From assembly GCF_009914755.1 (NCBI RefSeq), contig NC_060926.1: DNA of 64,000 nucleotides, one strand, 5' to 3'. A model generated the notes under the pieces. That model saw only the letters and a list, made by a program, of their open reading frames with translations. It ran no database searches and had not been told where the DNA came from. The DNA comes from the human T2T-CHM13v2.0 reference genome, Homo sapiens. Positions 29,298 to 43,355 of the stretch are shown piece after piece. Position 1 is the first letter of the stretch; each line of letters starts with the position of its first letter. Position numbers and translations under genes: made by a program.

Positions 29298-30625
29298 TTA
29301 AGTAATACTTTGTGATAGGTTCAAAGATAATGTGGTCCTTTCCCTCCCACCACCAGCACACATACTTTTGGTATCAAGACAAGTCGATATAGTACACAAA
29401 GCCAAAATGAACACAATTAAAGGGCAAAATTCAAGAGACAGATTATGAGATCAGAAATTTAAGAAGGCTGGTTTCTTTAAGAAAGCTTCACTTCAGATGT
29501 AACTCAGAGAATTGGTTAATTTTGGATGGAGAGAGGGGAAAAAGAACATTTCAATTGAGAGGACCTTTATGGCAAGAGCAAAAAGCTGGGAATTGAGTGT
29601 GCAGATGGCAGTGAGAACACACAGATTTGGAGAGAAACATGTGAAGAATGATAATATGGATAATTACTATGTATTGTGTGGGAGGCACTGTCCCTTCATT
29701 CATCAAATTGGCACACACTGAATGCCCATTAAATGCCAGGCGTCACTTAGACGGGTAGAGGTACAGTGGCCCCAGATAGAAGATGACCTCAATATGTTAG
29801 TGGTTTTCACTTAAAAACAACACAAATAATAATGAAAACTTCCATTTGTAAAACAACTCTTTTAAATGGTGCATTGTGCTAAGTGGACATTTTCTAGATT
29901 TCTCAAAGCAATCCTTCAAGATTGGTATTATCACAGTTTTGCAGATTCAGACGTTAAAGCTTAGAGACCTTGAGCCATTGCCCAAGGATACTGAGCAGGT
30001 TAAATGTCAGAGTGGAAATTAAAGTCACATTTGTGTGTGAAGAGAATCAAAGATACTCTAGACACCATTTCACACCCTTTCCAAAACTCAAGCTGGAATA
30101 ATGAAAAACATTTGTTCTAACTATAAATATATCATAATCAGATGCTATATTATATGTTATTGCAACATAATAGGATACTCACAGAGAAATGGACTATACC
30201 CCTATAACCCAGGCCCACATTTACATTCTTTCATAGTTCCATGAAAGTAGAAAGTTTTGGAAATAGGTCAAACATAAAGTCTGGGTAGGTGGAAGATGCA
30301 GTGTTGGAGCAATCTAGATCTGGGAGCAAATGGCCTGATCTTGTCATCAGAACTTCCACCTTAGGGATAAAGCCTCTGCAGTCTTCACCTATTCCATGGC
30401 ATGACCAGCTCACAGCAGTTTGAGAAAATAAAGATCAAAAAAAGGTTTCTTTTAGTTTTTAGTTTTTAGAGTTGTTTAAATTTAGAAATTGCCACAGCAT
30501 TTCAAGCAGTCAGAAAAACAAATTTTTTTTCTTAATTGAATATATTGAGAAATATAGTGAATGTTTCAACAATATTCTTTGTTCTCAGAGGTCATAGAAA
30601 GATGGATCTTCCATAAAACTTATAA

Positions 30626-31697
30626 TGATAGCAGCAGGAGGCAGACAAATTCCTAGGCAGACAGGGGCGGGTGCCTGGTGAAACTGGACCTTCAAGCCAG
30701 AAACAGCCTGAAGCCTGAAAACCAGGCTGCTGCTGGTTCTGGATGGAGTCCACGACCACAGTGACAACTTCTATTCCTGTTGCCTGCTCTTTCCTGATTG
30801 ATTCTTTCTGAATAATGCATTTTAACCCATTGAATGCTGTCTTTTCCAAGGCTACCTACAGCCTGCACTTCCCCCATTCTGAGCCTATAAAAACCCAGGA
30901 CTCAGCCACACAGGGAGACTACCTGCCTTTGGGTAGGGGTACCCACTTTGGATTCCCTCTCTACTGAGAGCTGTTCCATTGCTCAATAAAACTCTTTTCT
31001 GCCTTGCTCGTTCTTTGGTTGTCCACGTAACCTGAATCTTCTCGAACATGGGACAAGAACCCAGGACCCTCCGAACAGCATGTGCCAAAAGAGCTGCTGT
31101 AACACTGTTGCCCTCTTGTCCTCTGCTGGTGCTAGCAGGCTGCCCCATGGGACAGGAAGTGGCAGCAGGGCTGGGCCAGCTCAGGAGCCACAGGCCGGAG
31201 CATGGCAACAAGATCGAATGAGCTGGGACACATCCACGTTTGCCAAAGCATATGGACAGTGAGAACAAACAAACTGTAACACGAATGAGCTGTGACCTTT
31301 CTGGGGCTCAGAGCTCAGGACTGCTCCCAACAGAGTTGTAACATGCTGCAACACCCACTTTGGAAATCCAGGGTCATTGGCGTCTCTGAGTTTTTTGGGT
31401 GCCACTGTGTTCCCCCATTTAGATGCCAGTGCCCAAGGCAGAAGCCACTGGCAGTACAACTGGCCCAGTCACAGCCCCTACAGTGCAGGCTGTAGGTAGC
31501 CTGTGGAGCCTACCTCATGGAGCCAGCACCTGTGCCAGTGCCTGAAGCTACCCATCCCACTGCAGCAGCTGGCATGCCTGGCTCGCCCTCGGCGGGCATG
31601 AGATCTGGGCTGGTAGTGTGAGCAGAGCACAGCCTGCTGGGCCAAGTGGGCAGAAGTCTCTGGCTGGCAAAGTGGCACCAACAAAAATCCTGTGTCA
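30626..31697 (+). mobile_element. Solo ERV1 LTR, 1072 bp (LTR27/LTR28-like)
   Basis: TG...CA ends ('tgatagcagcaggaggcagacaaattcctaggcagac' ... 'aaatcctgtgtca'). Perfect 4-bp TSD ataa (30622-30625 / 31698-31701). TATAAAA at ~30886, AATAAA at ~30985 and a long GC-rich downstream part. Confidence 0.85.
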
Positions 31698-32106
31698 ATA
31701 ACAAAAATTTTTAGATAATGTATTCTGATAATATATGATTAGCTTAATTGCTATATATGTATGATTGGATTACCATATAGTCCTTATTCTCTATTTTCAT
31801 TTTGATTGATAGGTATGCTTATCACATAAGGACTTAGAAAAACTATTGAGAATATCAAAAATTTTCTGCTTGAGTTTTTGAAAAACTTTGCCTTTTTATT
31901 ATGCCCTGTCAACATTTTTATTGGAAGGTTCCTTTTTGAAAATATGATCTACATATGGTATATTCAGGAGCTTTTTCTCTCTCTTCAGTAAACTCGAATT
32001 TGAACAAAGAAAACATTTTTATCACACTTGTCTCCAGCTTCTTAACTCAGTATTATACTTTCCTTTCAGTACATAATGCCAAAGCAGGTGTTAAAAATGA
32101 AAAAGA

Positions 32107-32277
32107 GGCCGGGCGCGGTGGCTCACGCCTGTAATCCCAGCTCTCAGGGAGGCTAAGAGGCGGGAGGATAGCTTGAGCCCAGGAGTTCGAGACCTGTCTG
32201 GGCAATATAGCGAGACCCCATTCTCCAGAAAAAGGAAAAAAAAAAAAAAAAAAGAAAAAAAGAAAAAAAATAAGCGT
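32107..32277 (+). pseudogene. BCYRN1: Retrocopy (processed pseudogene) of BC200 brain cytoplasmic RNA, lacking the 3' C-rich domain; symbol is that of the parent gene
   Basis: Monomeric Alu domain with BC200-specific 'cagctctcagggaggctaagaggcgggaggatagcttgagccc' and 'ttctccagaaaaagg'. A-rich domain ends 'taagcgtaa'. Perfect 14-bp TSD aaaaatgaaaaaga (32093-32106 / 32278-32291). Confidence 0.95.
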
Positions 32278-32755
32278 AAAAATGAAAAAGAAAACCAATC
32301 ATTCTGACTTTGGAGAATATTAGGGTTCAAATTAAACGCATTTATTGAATAATACATTTTTATATCTGCTGTGAGTGGCCGTGAAACAGAGAGTTATTTC
32401 TTCAAATGCAGGAACTTAGGGAAGAAAATACCAATGGGCATGAAGCTCTCTGTGTGGTTAATCATGGAGTTCCGTTCCCCAGCACACATGCACAGTTCCT
32501 CCCATAAAGACGCTTTACAGTTACAATACACTCCACGGGCGAGCTCTTGTCCTAGTGACATGGAATGGACTCACCCTAGGAAATTCCATTCTCACATTCT
32601 CTCATATAAAGTTCATTGAACTCGCTCTAGCTACCTGTTTATTAAATTACTTTCCCAATCAATCCCTGGCAGCCCTGGGTATGTTTGATTATAGAGTGAG
32701 GAGCTGGTTTATCTGCACCATGCAGAGCTAGTTTGGTCTTAGAAAGTAAAATATT

Positions 32756-33081
<326 letters not shown>

Positions 33082-34471
33082 TTAATCAACACGGTGTATT
33101 TTTATCAGACCATTAACTTTTCAGCTTGATTAGTTTTTAGGTAAACATAAAATTTCAAATAGGAGACTATAGCCTCACCTTCAGTGTTGCTATTAATTTC
33201 TAAAACAAATCGAAATTAAATCAAATTTAAAAACCAAAGCACTAATACAGAGGTCTCAGTGTTTTTTATTGAGTAAGAATTTGCATGTGTCACAAATGAT
33301 AGGAAAGCAATTCCATTAAAAATACCTGATTTCCAAATGACATTTAAGGGAAAAGAAGATGGAGATAAAAACAAATAAAATTGAATAGGGAAGCTGGTTT
33401 TGTGAATTATAAATGATGTATCTATTAGTGGAGTCATAAAACAAGAAAATGAGGTAATTGGACTGACTGCAGGAAGGGAAAATTATGTAAATGGAGAGAA
33501 CCTTGTTAAAATAATCAAGACAGAGAGATTCACTGATTTAGTAGGTAGCAGCTTTTGAATTGCTTACATAATTAAAGCTTTTCTTTTGTAAGCTACTCTT
33601 TCAAAGAGTCATTGTCACTTGAAAGAAATTAAGGTGAGTTCATAATATCAAAATCAATAGAAGTTTTAATTTATAAACATAAATTTACAAATTTTTATAT
33701 TTAGAACATATTTTAAAGATATAATTCATATAGCAATGCTATAGGCAGCAGTAGTTTTATAGAGGAAAAATGCCTTAAAAATACACTCTGGAAATCCTCA
33801 GAGAACATAAAGTCATATAACTTCTAACCCCACCTCCCTGGCACCCACCTTTTATGAAGTTCTCAAATGAAATGATAGAGGATAGGTAAAATTCACTACT
33901 CCCAGCTATGAAAATGTTGCTGACAGCTGAGGTCTCCCATTTACGGCTGGAGATTTGCATCAATCAATATGAGCCTGTTGTTAAGGATGCTCTGTGTTCA
34001 TCTGCTAGTTTTAATGAGTACGCTAGGGAACTATGTTCTGATCTGGAAAAAAGTTTTGGTCTCAAGGAGTGTACAACACATATGGGATTCTATGAAGCTT
34101 AAAAATAAAAGGCAAAAGCAATTTCTCTCACTTTTACGTACCTGAAAGCATATATATGTGCATTGCCACACCCACACATATGTTTTACATGTGAAACAAA
34201 ATAAGCTACAAGTTTTAGTGAGAATAATCAGTCTATTTTCATTTTGGCAAAATTAACGGCACTTATGCATGATGTAACATGAACACTCTCTTCTAAAGAA
34301 CTTACTTATGTTAATGATGTTCACACTTTTCAGCACATTTCAATATTCCCTTCAGTTATAAACTACTAAAATTCTGTCTTTGGTCTTACTGTGACCTCAT
34401 TTTTAGAGAATAAACTAATTCGTATATATAATCTCTGCATGGGGTTAATAGCAACAACTCCACAAACAGGT

Positions 34472-34832
34472 ACTATAATCGCCTCCCTAGGTGTTGGTCC
34501 TGCATCAGTAGATTCAGCCACCTGCAGTTTGGGGAGAAAAAAAAAAAAAAGAATGGTTGCCATTGTCCTGAACATGTACAGACCTTTTGTTCTTTTTATT
34601 GTTTCCTAATGAATACAGTAATGTTCCCTAACAGTATAACAACTATTACATAACATTTACATTGTATTAGGTATTTTACCTAATCTAGAGATGATTTGAA
34701 GTATATGGGAGGATGTGTGTAGGTTATATGCAAATACCACATGATTTTATATAAGAGACTTAAGCATCTGTGAATTTTGGTATCCGCAGGGATCCTGAAA
34801 CAAATTTCCCCCACAGATACCAGGGTATGGTG
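34472..34832 (-). mobile_element. MER2 (TcMar-Tigger) non-autonomous DNA transposon
   Basis: 'aacatttacattgtattaggtatt...taatctagagatgatttgaagtatatgggaggatgtgtgtaggttatatgcaaatacca...ttttggtatccgcagggatcctg'. Confidence 0.8.
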
Positions 34833-35689
34833 CATTATTACTGATTGCCCCCACCAACCCCCCCCAAAAAAAACTGCAGCCAAGAGATGTTACATAACTT
34901 ATTTGAGCTTCCAAAGTTACTTCCTGAAGGAGCTTGACTTTGAGCCATGCTTTTAGCCACTACATTGCGCCTACTTTTCTAATAGTTTTGCAAACAAAAT
35001 ATTAAATATGATCTTCAATGATGCAAGGGGTTGCCTGTTTATCTAACCTAGATACTTTATTTTTTCACTTACTTTATCTTCACCTACTCATGATGGACAT
35101 GATGTATTTGAAGATGCAATGTATTTGTTTGTCGCTGACTCTATCTTGAAAACAGAGCATTTGGGTATTTTTTCCAAATTAATGGGCAACAGCTCAGATG
35201 TTTTATTCTGTAGATACAGACTTTCTGGTGATAGCCACGACCTTAATTATGCTTCTGTTTTACTCTATTGAGTCAATTACTATAGCTGAATAAATTGGAC
35301 CTCATTTAGGCAAAAATCTCAATTTATGATGCATTTTATTCTGAGAGTACTTCTTGAAGTGAGAAGAGACATGCACAGGATGTTAGGGCTAATCGATTTT
35401 TAAAACATTGAGTGCATATATTATATAGAGTTTAATTCATTCCACAAAAATTTTGATAATGTTAAATACATTCCTTAGTCTCTTTCAGAATTTTTATTGA
35501 AATTGGAAGGTGATAGGGTGATAGCTCCAAATATTCTCTTTTCTACATGCTGGCTCATAAAAATGTAGAAGTTGTTAAAGTCAAAATATCTAAAAATGTG
35601 TTGGAAACCTTACAACTATATCGCTCTGAAACCTAACTTAAAGCGGTGGCTTTTAAATCTTTTATTCATTTAAAAATAAACTTTTCTTT

Positions 35690-36240
35690 AATTTCAAAAT
35701 TAATATTTGAAACAACCAGAAACTCATAAGGAGATCAACATTAAGACTCAAGTAGATAAATGGGTAAATGAGTATGCAATTCACAGAAGATAGAATTGAA
35801 TGACATAATTAAAAAGAATGTTCAGCTTACTTGTAAGCATAGAGATGCAAATTAAAACATTATTAATTTGAATTTGAAAACTGACATAGACAACACTCAA
35901 TGCTGGTGAATATGCTGTAAGGTGGGACTCAAAGTGTAGCAGGTGTGTACCTAAATGCCTATAATCTTCTGGAAATTAATTAAATGCTATGTATGATTGA
36001 CTTCTAAAAACCTTACAATTTTTGTTTCAGTATTTCTTTACAGGAAGGCATTCCAAGAAAACACCTAGGCACACAAAACTGCCTACAAATGCTAAATAAA
36101 ATTCCTTAAATGGCATAAAAATTTAAAAATGGATAAAGATTAATTCCATAAAACAAAGGTGGGATTAAATGGACTATGTTACAGTCATGGAATAGTATAT
36201 TATATAGCTGTTCAGGAATAAATGCAAACTACTTTTAAAA
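35690..36240 (+). mobile_element. Ancient L1ME-like 3' remnant
   Basis: 'gcaattcacagaaga', 'gagatgcaaattaaaaca', 'caatgctggtgaatatgctg', 'catggaatagtat'. Confidence 0.6.
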
Positions 36241-39200
36241 TTCAATGTTTTATGCACATATCTATGCATATGTATCCATGTATAGATACCCATATATAAA
36301 TACAAATGTGTATTTGTATTTATAAACCTTTACTCTTTAGCCGCGAAGTTGCTTTCTAGTTAACTACTTTTTCCTTCGTCTTTCACACTGACATTTTTAT
36401 CAGCAGTTCCGGTTAAAAAATACTCCATTCACAAATATTTCAAAAGTATACCATTGTTCTCTCAATTTCTCAGTCTACAAAGTAGTTTTTGCTCATCAAA
36501 TATTAATAAAGGATTGGTCAATGTCCTCTCTTTTTAAAAATTTATAGGTTCTGTTTAATCTATGCTTTTTGGTCTCAGCATATTCTCAGTTATGAAAAAT
36601 GTCATTTCACCAATTCAGAGTGTGTCTCAGTTAGGCACTTTAATTTTCTAAGAGGACAATAACTTTATCTACTATCAAATTGATTGTCAAAACACATAGC
36701 TGTTTGCCTAATGGGCATTAAAGCCTACATGACCATCATATTTTTATCCTAGACAAAAACTTTTTAATTTTCTACTGCTCATTTTGTATCAGAAAAAAAC
36801 TTATTTTTGAAAAAATTCAGAAATGATTGTCTGAGAGTCATGTTGTCTAAGATTTCTTTAGATCAGGTCTTTTTCAAATATTTGTATGGGAGCCGAGGCA
36901 TTTCCTAAATTTTACACAGAGAACCGAAGTGATCTCTACTCGGATTACTCCTCTTTAATCAGTTCCATGCCTTATCTTCCTGTAGGGATACTATGCCACA
37001 CATTCAAGAATCTCCTGGAATCTGCATTCCATATGAAAACTACCTCTCTGGATAGTTTAATTTATCAAAGATACTAGTTTCATTCAGAATGCATTTGGGC
37101 CAAATTTCAAGTAAGTTAAGCTTGTCGTATTGTCTTTGTTATATTCACCGTTAAAAACACCACCACCAAATGTCTTACACATCTAGCATGGACATATTTC
37201 AGGTCAGAGAACTCTAACAACTCACAAGAGAAATTCCTCTCAGATCTAAGTGTCAGGAAAATGTCAGCTTCCCCGGAACAGATGGTTTGTTCTAAAGACA
37301 CTGTAAATCAGGTAACAGTTTTCCTCTTTGCCTTGACTGAAGGCAGTCTTAGAGCTATGAGCAGCTGTATGGGATGCCATGGTGAGAATTCCTCTGAGTT
37401 AATAATAACAACCCTGACTTTATTATATTCCCACACATATATTTTTTCCTAATCCTCAATCTTTAATTTTTTGAGAGTATTTTAAGTGTTAGTGAAAACC
37501 AGAAATAAAGCTGATCTTAATCTTTTAAAAATGTGTGCATGTATATATATATAAATGTATTTAGACGGTCCTCAGAAAAAGTCAAGACTACCTTTGTTGC
37601 AAATATTCTTCTGAACATATTTACTAGCTTTCAGTCATTCATCCATTCACCTGTTCAGAAAATCTTTATAGTTGACCTAGAAAAGCCTGTCTGTGTTTGG
37701 GAGTGGTATTGCAACAGTGAACCAGACTTAGCTCTTAATCTCACAGATTCAAGGGAGCTCATTTTCTACAACTGGCAAATATTATAGCAGACTTATTTTA
37801 CCCAAAGCCCACAGCCTTTCAATAGTTCTCTTTAATAAATTGTAAGAAACTCAATAAATTAATGTTGAAAGCAAATCTATTTAACTCAAATAAGTAGTTA
37901 ATTTAAAAATGAGGCTAATATTTCAAATAAATTTAGCTCATATGCATTCTCCTTGATCTTCTTTTTAACATACTGTGTGATTTCATTTTTCTTAATATAT
38001 TTTGTTAAACACCATTCAGTGCAATGTATGTCAACCAAAATTAAACTTGATACAATACTGCAGTGTCTGTTTAAAGAAATGGAAGTTTTATTTCTCGTCA
38101 AGCCACTTATGTGTACACTGTCTGATTAGATCAGAATATCAATACCAATATCAATAAACCATAGCAATGAGTTTGCTTGGTCATAATGCTATTAACATCT
38201 TTAGAAGTAATTATAAATGATTTATTAAGTCACTTTCAACTGACTTTTAAATTAAAAGAAAAAATGATTAATAGGATTTTATTTTAAATTTTAGGGGATT
38301 TTTTTCTATAATTAATCCCCAAATTTTGCCTTCAGTTCTGCTCATCTTTTTGCAATTTTTATATTCAAGAGAAAAATAATGAGTTTAGATTTCACATGGT
38401 GATGATTTTATAGTACATAAGTTAAAAAACAAGATCACAAATTAAATCATGTAGATTTTAAAATTAACACCTTCTTCAAAGCATTTTTCCCCTTTAAAAC
38501 ATAATTATCAATTTTATCAAATCCTTATTTTAGGATTGAAATGGAAAGGGAATCTATATTATTATTAAAAAAGAGTCCTCTATAAAATTAATTTCAACAT
38601 AAATTTACATGTTAATTGTCTTCTAAAAATTTTATAAAGGAGAAAAATGAGGAGCAAAATAATCAATGAAATAATATGTTTTTCTATTCAGACTCCAAGA
38701 CTACACTATATTCCCTCTCAAAAAAAGTGTCTATTTTTTTTCTCACAAGAATGTAATTCTGCAGGCTGTAATCTCTTCAAAAGATGGTGGAATGTGGTAA
38801 AATTTAGGAACTACTACTGCTTAATAATATTTATATCATTTAAATTAGAGGTATTTGACTTCCCTTCAATCAATTCTTTCATACATTTATAAAAGTTATG
38901 ATTGTCTTTTGTAGTGCTATTGGAATGGGCTGCCATCTCATGAAATGGATCCAGAAGGCCTAAGATGTACCACTTGTCAACAGAGTCATTATTGAGATTC
39001 TAATTACTGATATGAATTACATCAAAATCTAAGCATATGGCTTGGCATGATTGATTTCTAATAGCAAAATAATAAAAATAGCTTAATGTTTTTTAAAGGA
39101 TTTAGCAAATCATGAAACTTATGAAACTATGCTCTTGCAAATTTACATAGCAGAATAAAAAAATGCTTTGTGAAATATGCCCTTACTGTAATTTGTTGGA

Positions 39201-39802
39201 ATGAAGTGCTCTTCTGGATGCCATAGTCATGAATGAACAGAAACCACTGAAAATGGTAAGACTACAGTAATTACAATAAAAATGACCATTCACAGGTATT
39301 CTCATTTGTTTCCAATAAATGAGAGTATGATTTGTGCAAATAAATCATATAAACTCTGTTTGAGCAGTCATTAAAAATAGAAATTTGATTGTTAGCATAC
39401 TTCATGAATTAAGGATATTGAAATTAATTATCATAATGATGTCTACCCAGTCCATCTGTTATATAATCACATGTCAATTCAAAGAAAGCTGGATTCAAGA
39501 TAAATCAACAGTTAATATACCTCAAAAAAACAGTTTCTTGGCACTGGTTGACTGTCCCTACTCAAGAGCACCGAACAATGAATTAATTTGCATATAGGAA
39601 GATATCTTGTGGATTGTCTAGGATGTTACAGTTAGCTTTGTTGTTTTCAATGTCATGACCGTAAATGTAATAGAATATTAATAAAATTTATACTTTACTC
39701 AAAATGGAGGAAGACATATGTTATAGAGTGAGGGTCTAAAAAAAGAGGGATACTTACCCAGAGTAATGATTAAACTAACAGCATGCAGTTTAATGAAATG
39801 TT

Positions 39803-40050
39803 AATAATAGCTACCATTTATTGATCTATTATTATATTCCAGGCGTTATGCTAAGCATTTAAAATGTATTATCCCATTTAATCTTTATAAAAACTATACG
39901 GAGTAGTTATTAAAATCCACATTTAGCAAAGGAGAAAAATACTCAGCATTTTCAAAAACTTGCCCAAGTTTAGACAAGTACCAAGCTAGGGTTCAAAGCC
40001 AGATTTGGACACAAAGCCAGTATTCTTATTCTCTGTGTTACATTGCCACT
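39803..40050 (-). mobile_element. MIR
   Basis: 'aataatagctaccatttattga...ccaggcgttatgctaagcattt...cccatttaatcttt...acttgcccaagtt...gggttcaaagccag'. Confidence 0.7.
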
Positions 40051-40354
40051 TATCTGAGTTTCAGACATCTAACTCTCAAATCAGAAAAGGAGAGAAAAGG
40101 CGTACACATGCAAACAAAAAAGAGATCTTATTTTAAAGTAAGGCCAATATATAAGTATCATACATTTGCTAAAAACACTTACAGTATCCTAAGCTTTGAT
40201 TATAAAAGCAGTGTCCAGAGCAAAGAATGCAATAGTCCTAAATTGATTACCTCGATGTTCACTGCCCAGACTCCTGTATTAAATTCTGGGAGTTGCACTT
40301 CCAGAGGAACATTAACAAACAGAAGAGTTGTCATAAAACAAGGGTAATAAGAAT

Positions 40355-40620
40355 GTAATGACTGCTATTAATTATTCTAGTCACTTTCTATTTAACACAT
40401 GCTATGTGCCTGGTGCTATTTTATACTTTATACAATTTTTTCCCTTAATCCTCACAATATTCCTGAAAGCTGGGTGTGATTTTTCTGATTTTGCAAGAAA
40501 GAAAACCAGAGCTCAGAAAGATTAAGTAACTCTCCTGACACCACAAAGCTATTATATAGTAAAGCTAGAAAAGAAACTCGGTTTATCTAACAACAAAGCC
40601 AGGACAACTCCTATGCTACT
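40355..40620 (-). mobile_element. MIR
   Basis: 'tatgtgcctggtgctatttt...ttaatcctcacaat...gaaaaccagagctcagaaagattaagtaactctcc'. Confidence 0.7.
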
Positions 40621-41619
40621 ACCTTGCAATGTTAAAAGGAATTGAGGAAGTTTAGTATTAAGCAACACAAATATTGGAAGGATTAGACTTATATTAGATA
40701 ACTCTGCAGAGCTAGACTAGAAACAACTGGAAGGGTGTTAAAGAAGAAATAGTTTCCTGCAGTAAGGATTTTCTACTGGCCAGGCCAGTTGGAACACATA
40801 ATTTCAAGTTGTACCAAGGTCACTTGATACTACTTTTCCCCATGTGGGCCCATTCCTGACTCTAGGAGATTTTTCTTTTAGTTCTCTTAGCCTAATGTGC
40901 TCTTGTCTTGTGTCTTTTCTCTGAGGAGGTAGCATTTGAGCTGAACCTTAGTGAAATGGAGCAACTTCTTTGATTATTCTTGGAAAAGTAACCTCAATGT
41001 CATTACTCTTTTGCCTCTGCTTATCTATTACTAACCTGTCTTTTTTCCCCTCCTAGAATAAACTTTCCAAGAGAAGAGCTATGTAAGGCGCAGAATAGGT
41101 GACCAGTGAATATTTGTTGAATGCTGAATAAATGTTGAAGTTATTCGTGATTTAGATAGAGTATTATTATATTAAGTTCTCATTCATTCTAAGATCTATG
41201 ACTCTTCTTCAGCCTAATAAAATGAAGGCAGCAAATAGGAGAGCTGGCATATAAGGACTATATTGTGTACCCCAAGCAACTTAAAACTTTACACTTTGCA
41301 GACTTAAATAATGTTTAATAGCACATGTGTACAAACAAATATACAATCATGTTATGGAATTTGTTTTAAAAACACTGAGGAATTTTGCAAGATAGTAAGA
41401 AGGTCTTAAACTAAGTTAATAGTTTATCAAATTCTATACACAATTTTCAAAATCTGCACACTATGCTCACTATGTGAGAGCATATACAGGCAACATGGCA
41501 AAAAGATGCTATTCTTAATGCATATCTACAACAGAAATGACAGTATGCTTTACTACCATAATAAACAATATTTTCTCAATGCATTGGAAATGTTTAGGAT
41601 AAAGCAAAACATGACACAT

Positions 41620-41830
41620 ATATTATCTCCTTTAATCCTCAAAACACACCTATGATATAGAGTTTCTGACTAAGTAACAATTTTCCTATTTGACAGATAA
41701 GACAAGTGAAGTGTAATGGACTTAAGAAATTTGCCTAAAGATACACAGTTCATAAGTGATGAAGTTCTGTTTGAAATTTAGGTCAGTCTGGCCCCACAGT
41801 CTTAACTATTGAATGATACCCTTTTCATCA
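41620..41830 (-). mobile_element. MIR
   Basis: 'tttaatcctcaaaacacacctatga...ttgacagataagac...aatttgcctaaagatacacagttcataagtgatgaag'. Confidence 0.65.
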
Positions 41831-42341
41831 TGCAATGTTATCCAAAATATCAATAAAACAAAAGGTAACATATCCAATGTCTCCCAGAGTAGAAATGTAA
41901 AACTGGACAACACTGTCCCTTTTTTTTCAACATTTGGGACTTATACATGAAGAAGTCACTTTTGAGGTAAATTTGAACCACATATTTCTTTTTAGGCTCT
42001 AATGAACACTTCAGAAAACTATTATAAGGAAAACAGAACAAACCCCACTTTTTGTGGTGAACGAGTGATACATCTCATGGTAACTCATCTTCCTCTCTTC
42101 AAAAGTACTGGGATGTTTCAGAGGCTGCTCTGTGGAAGAGGAAATATCTTAAGCTGTGAAGTTGCAGGGGGCAGGTCTAGGATCAATAGATAGTTGTTAC
42201 AGGGAAAGACATTTTGACTTAATGTAAAAAATAAATTTTTATCAAGTTGGAAAATAAGCTTCCTTAAGAGTTGTGGCTGCCATATTAATGAAGAAGCACT
42301 TCTAGAGACAGGGAAACTATTGATTGTTAAAGTTACAGAAA

Positions 42342-42562
42342 ATGGGACAGCAAGCCTTTTCTGTGAAGGTTCAGATAGTAAATATTTCAGGCTTTGATAG
42401 GTGTACAGCCTCTGTCGCAGTTACTAAAGTCTGCTCTTGTAGTGCAAAAGCAGCCCTAGAGAATAAAAATGTGAATGGGTGGGACTGTGTTCAGGAAAAC
42501 TTTATTTAAACAAATAAGCTAAGACCATATTTGGCCTGTGGAATGAAGTTTACCAACTCCTG
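42342..42562. mobile_element. MER58A hAT-Charlie MITE
   Basis: 'ttttctgtgaaggttcagatagtaaatatttcaggctttg...ctgctcttgtagtgcaaaagcagcc...aaaactttattt...tttaccaactcctg'. Confidence 0.8.
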
Positions 42563-42632
42563 TTATAAGATGTATTAATCAGAGTATGGTCATTGCTATT
42601 GCAAAACCTACAGATATCAGTGACTTAATATG

Positions 42633-42874
42633 GGGAAATGCCAAACTATTATAGGACCCCCAGGCCATCTGTCCCATGGCCTGTTTTTGTATGACTCTGG
42701 TACAAAGAATCTTTTTTTTTTTTTTTTACGTTTTTAAAGAGGAGAAGAAGAGGAGAACAAATGGAGAAGGGGGAAAAAGGACGAGAAGGAGGAGAAAAAG
42801 AAGAAACAGAGACCGTAGGCTACAAAAATTAAAGTATCTACAAAGTGGACCTTTCATTGAAAGTGCGCCAGCCT
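42633..42874. mobile_element. MER58B-like element with internal poly(T) and purine-rich expansion
   Basis: 'gccaaacta...ggcctgtttttgta...tttttacgtttttaaag...cagagaccgta...gacctttc'. Confidence 0.55.
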
Positions 42875-43050
42875 AAACAGATGTGTCTTGCTGGAAAGCT
42901 TTATTCTAAGCAGATGCAAGAATTCAGATGCTTCATATTTTGTAACGCTGAAATCTTTAACATGGGGCCAACAAGTTTCCCGTGGTTTGAAGAAAAAGCA
43001 TGAGGATAACACAGAGGATGCATCACTGTCTTATTAAGAAGTGATACTCA

Positions 43051-43355
43051 GGCCAGCCATGGTGGCTCACGCATATAATCCCAGCACTTTGGGAAGCTGA
43101 GGTGGGTGGATCACTTTATATCATGAGTTCGAGACCAGCCTGGTCAACATGGTGAAACCCCATCTCTACTAAAAATACAAAAAATTAGCTGGGCATGGTG
43201 GCACATGCCTGTAGTCCCAGCTACTCAGGCAGCTGAGGTGGGAGAGTCACTTGAACTTGAGGTGGAGGTTGCTGTGAGCCGAGATTGTGCCATTGCACTC
43301 CAGCTTGGGTGACAGAGTGAGACTCCATCTAAAAAAAAAAAGAAAGAAAGAAAAA
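43051..43355 (+). mobile_element. Alu (older S or J type)
   Basis: Full dimer; TSD aagaagtgat(t)actca (43036-43050 / 43356-43371). Confidence 0.92.

Noticed and set aside
30585-31704. Cluster of overlapping ORFs as coding exons
   Set aside because: All lie in or overlap a GC-rich LTR with few stop codons; no recognisable protein motif.
32107-32277. The functional BCYRN1 gene itself
   Set aside because: It lacks the unique C-rich 3' domain and terminator, and is flanked by a TSD, so it is a retrocopy.
42676-42876. Basic Arg/Lys-rich ORF (NLS- or protamine-like)
   Set aside because: It arises from a low-complexity purine expansion in a MER58-like element.
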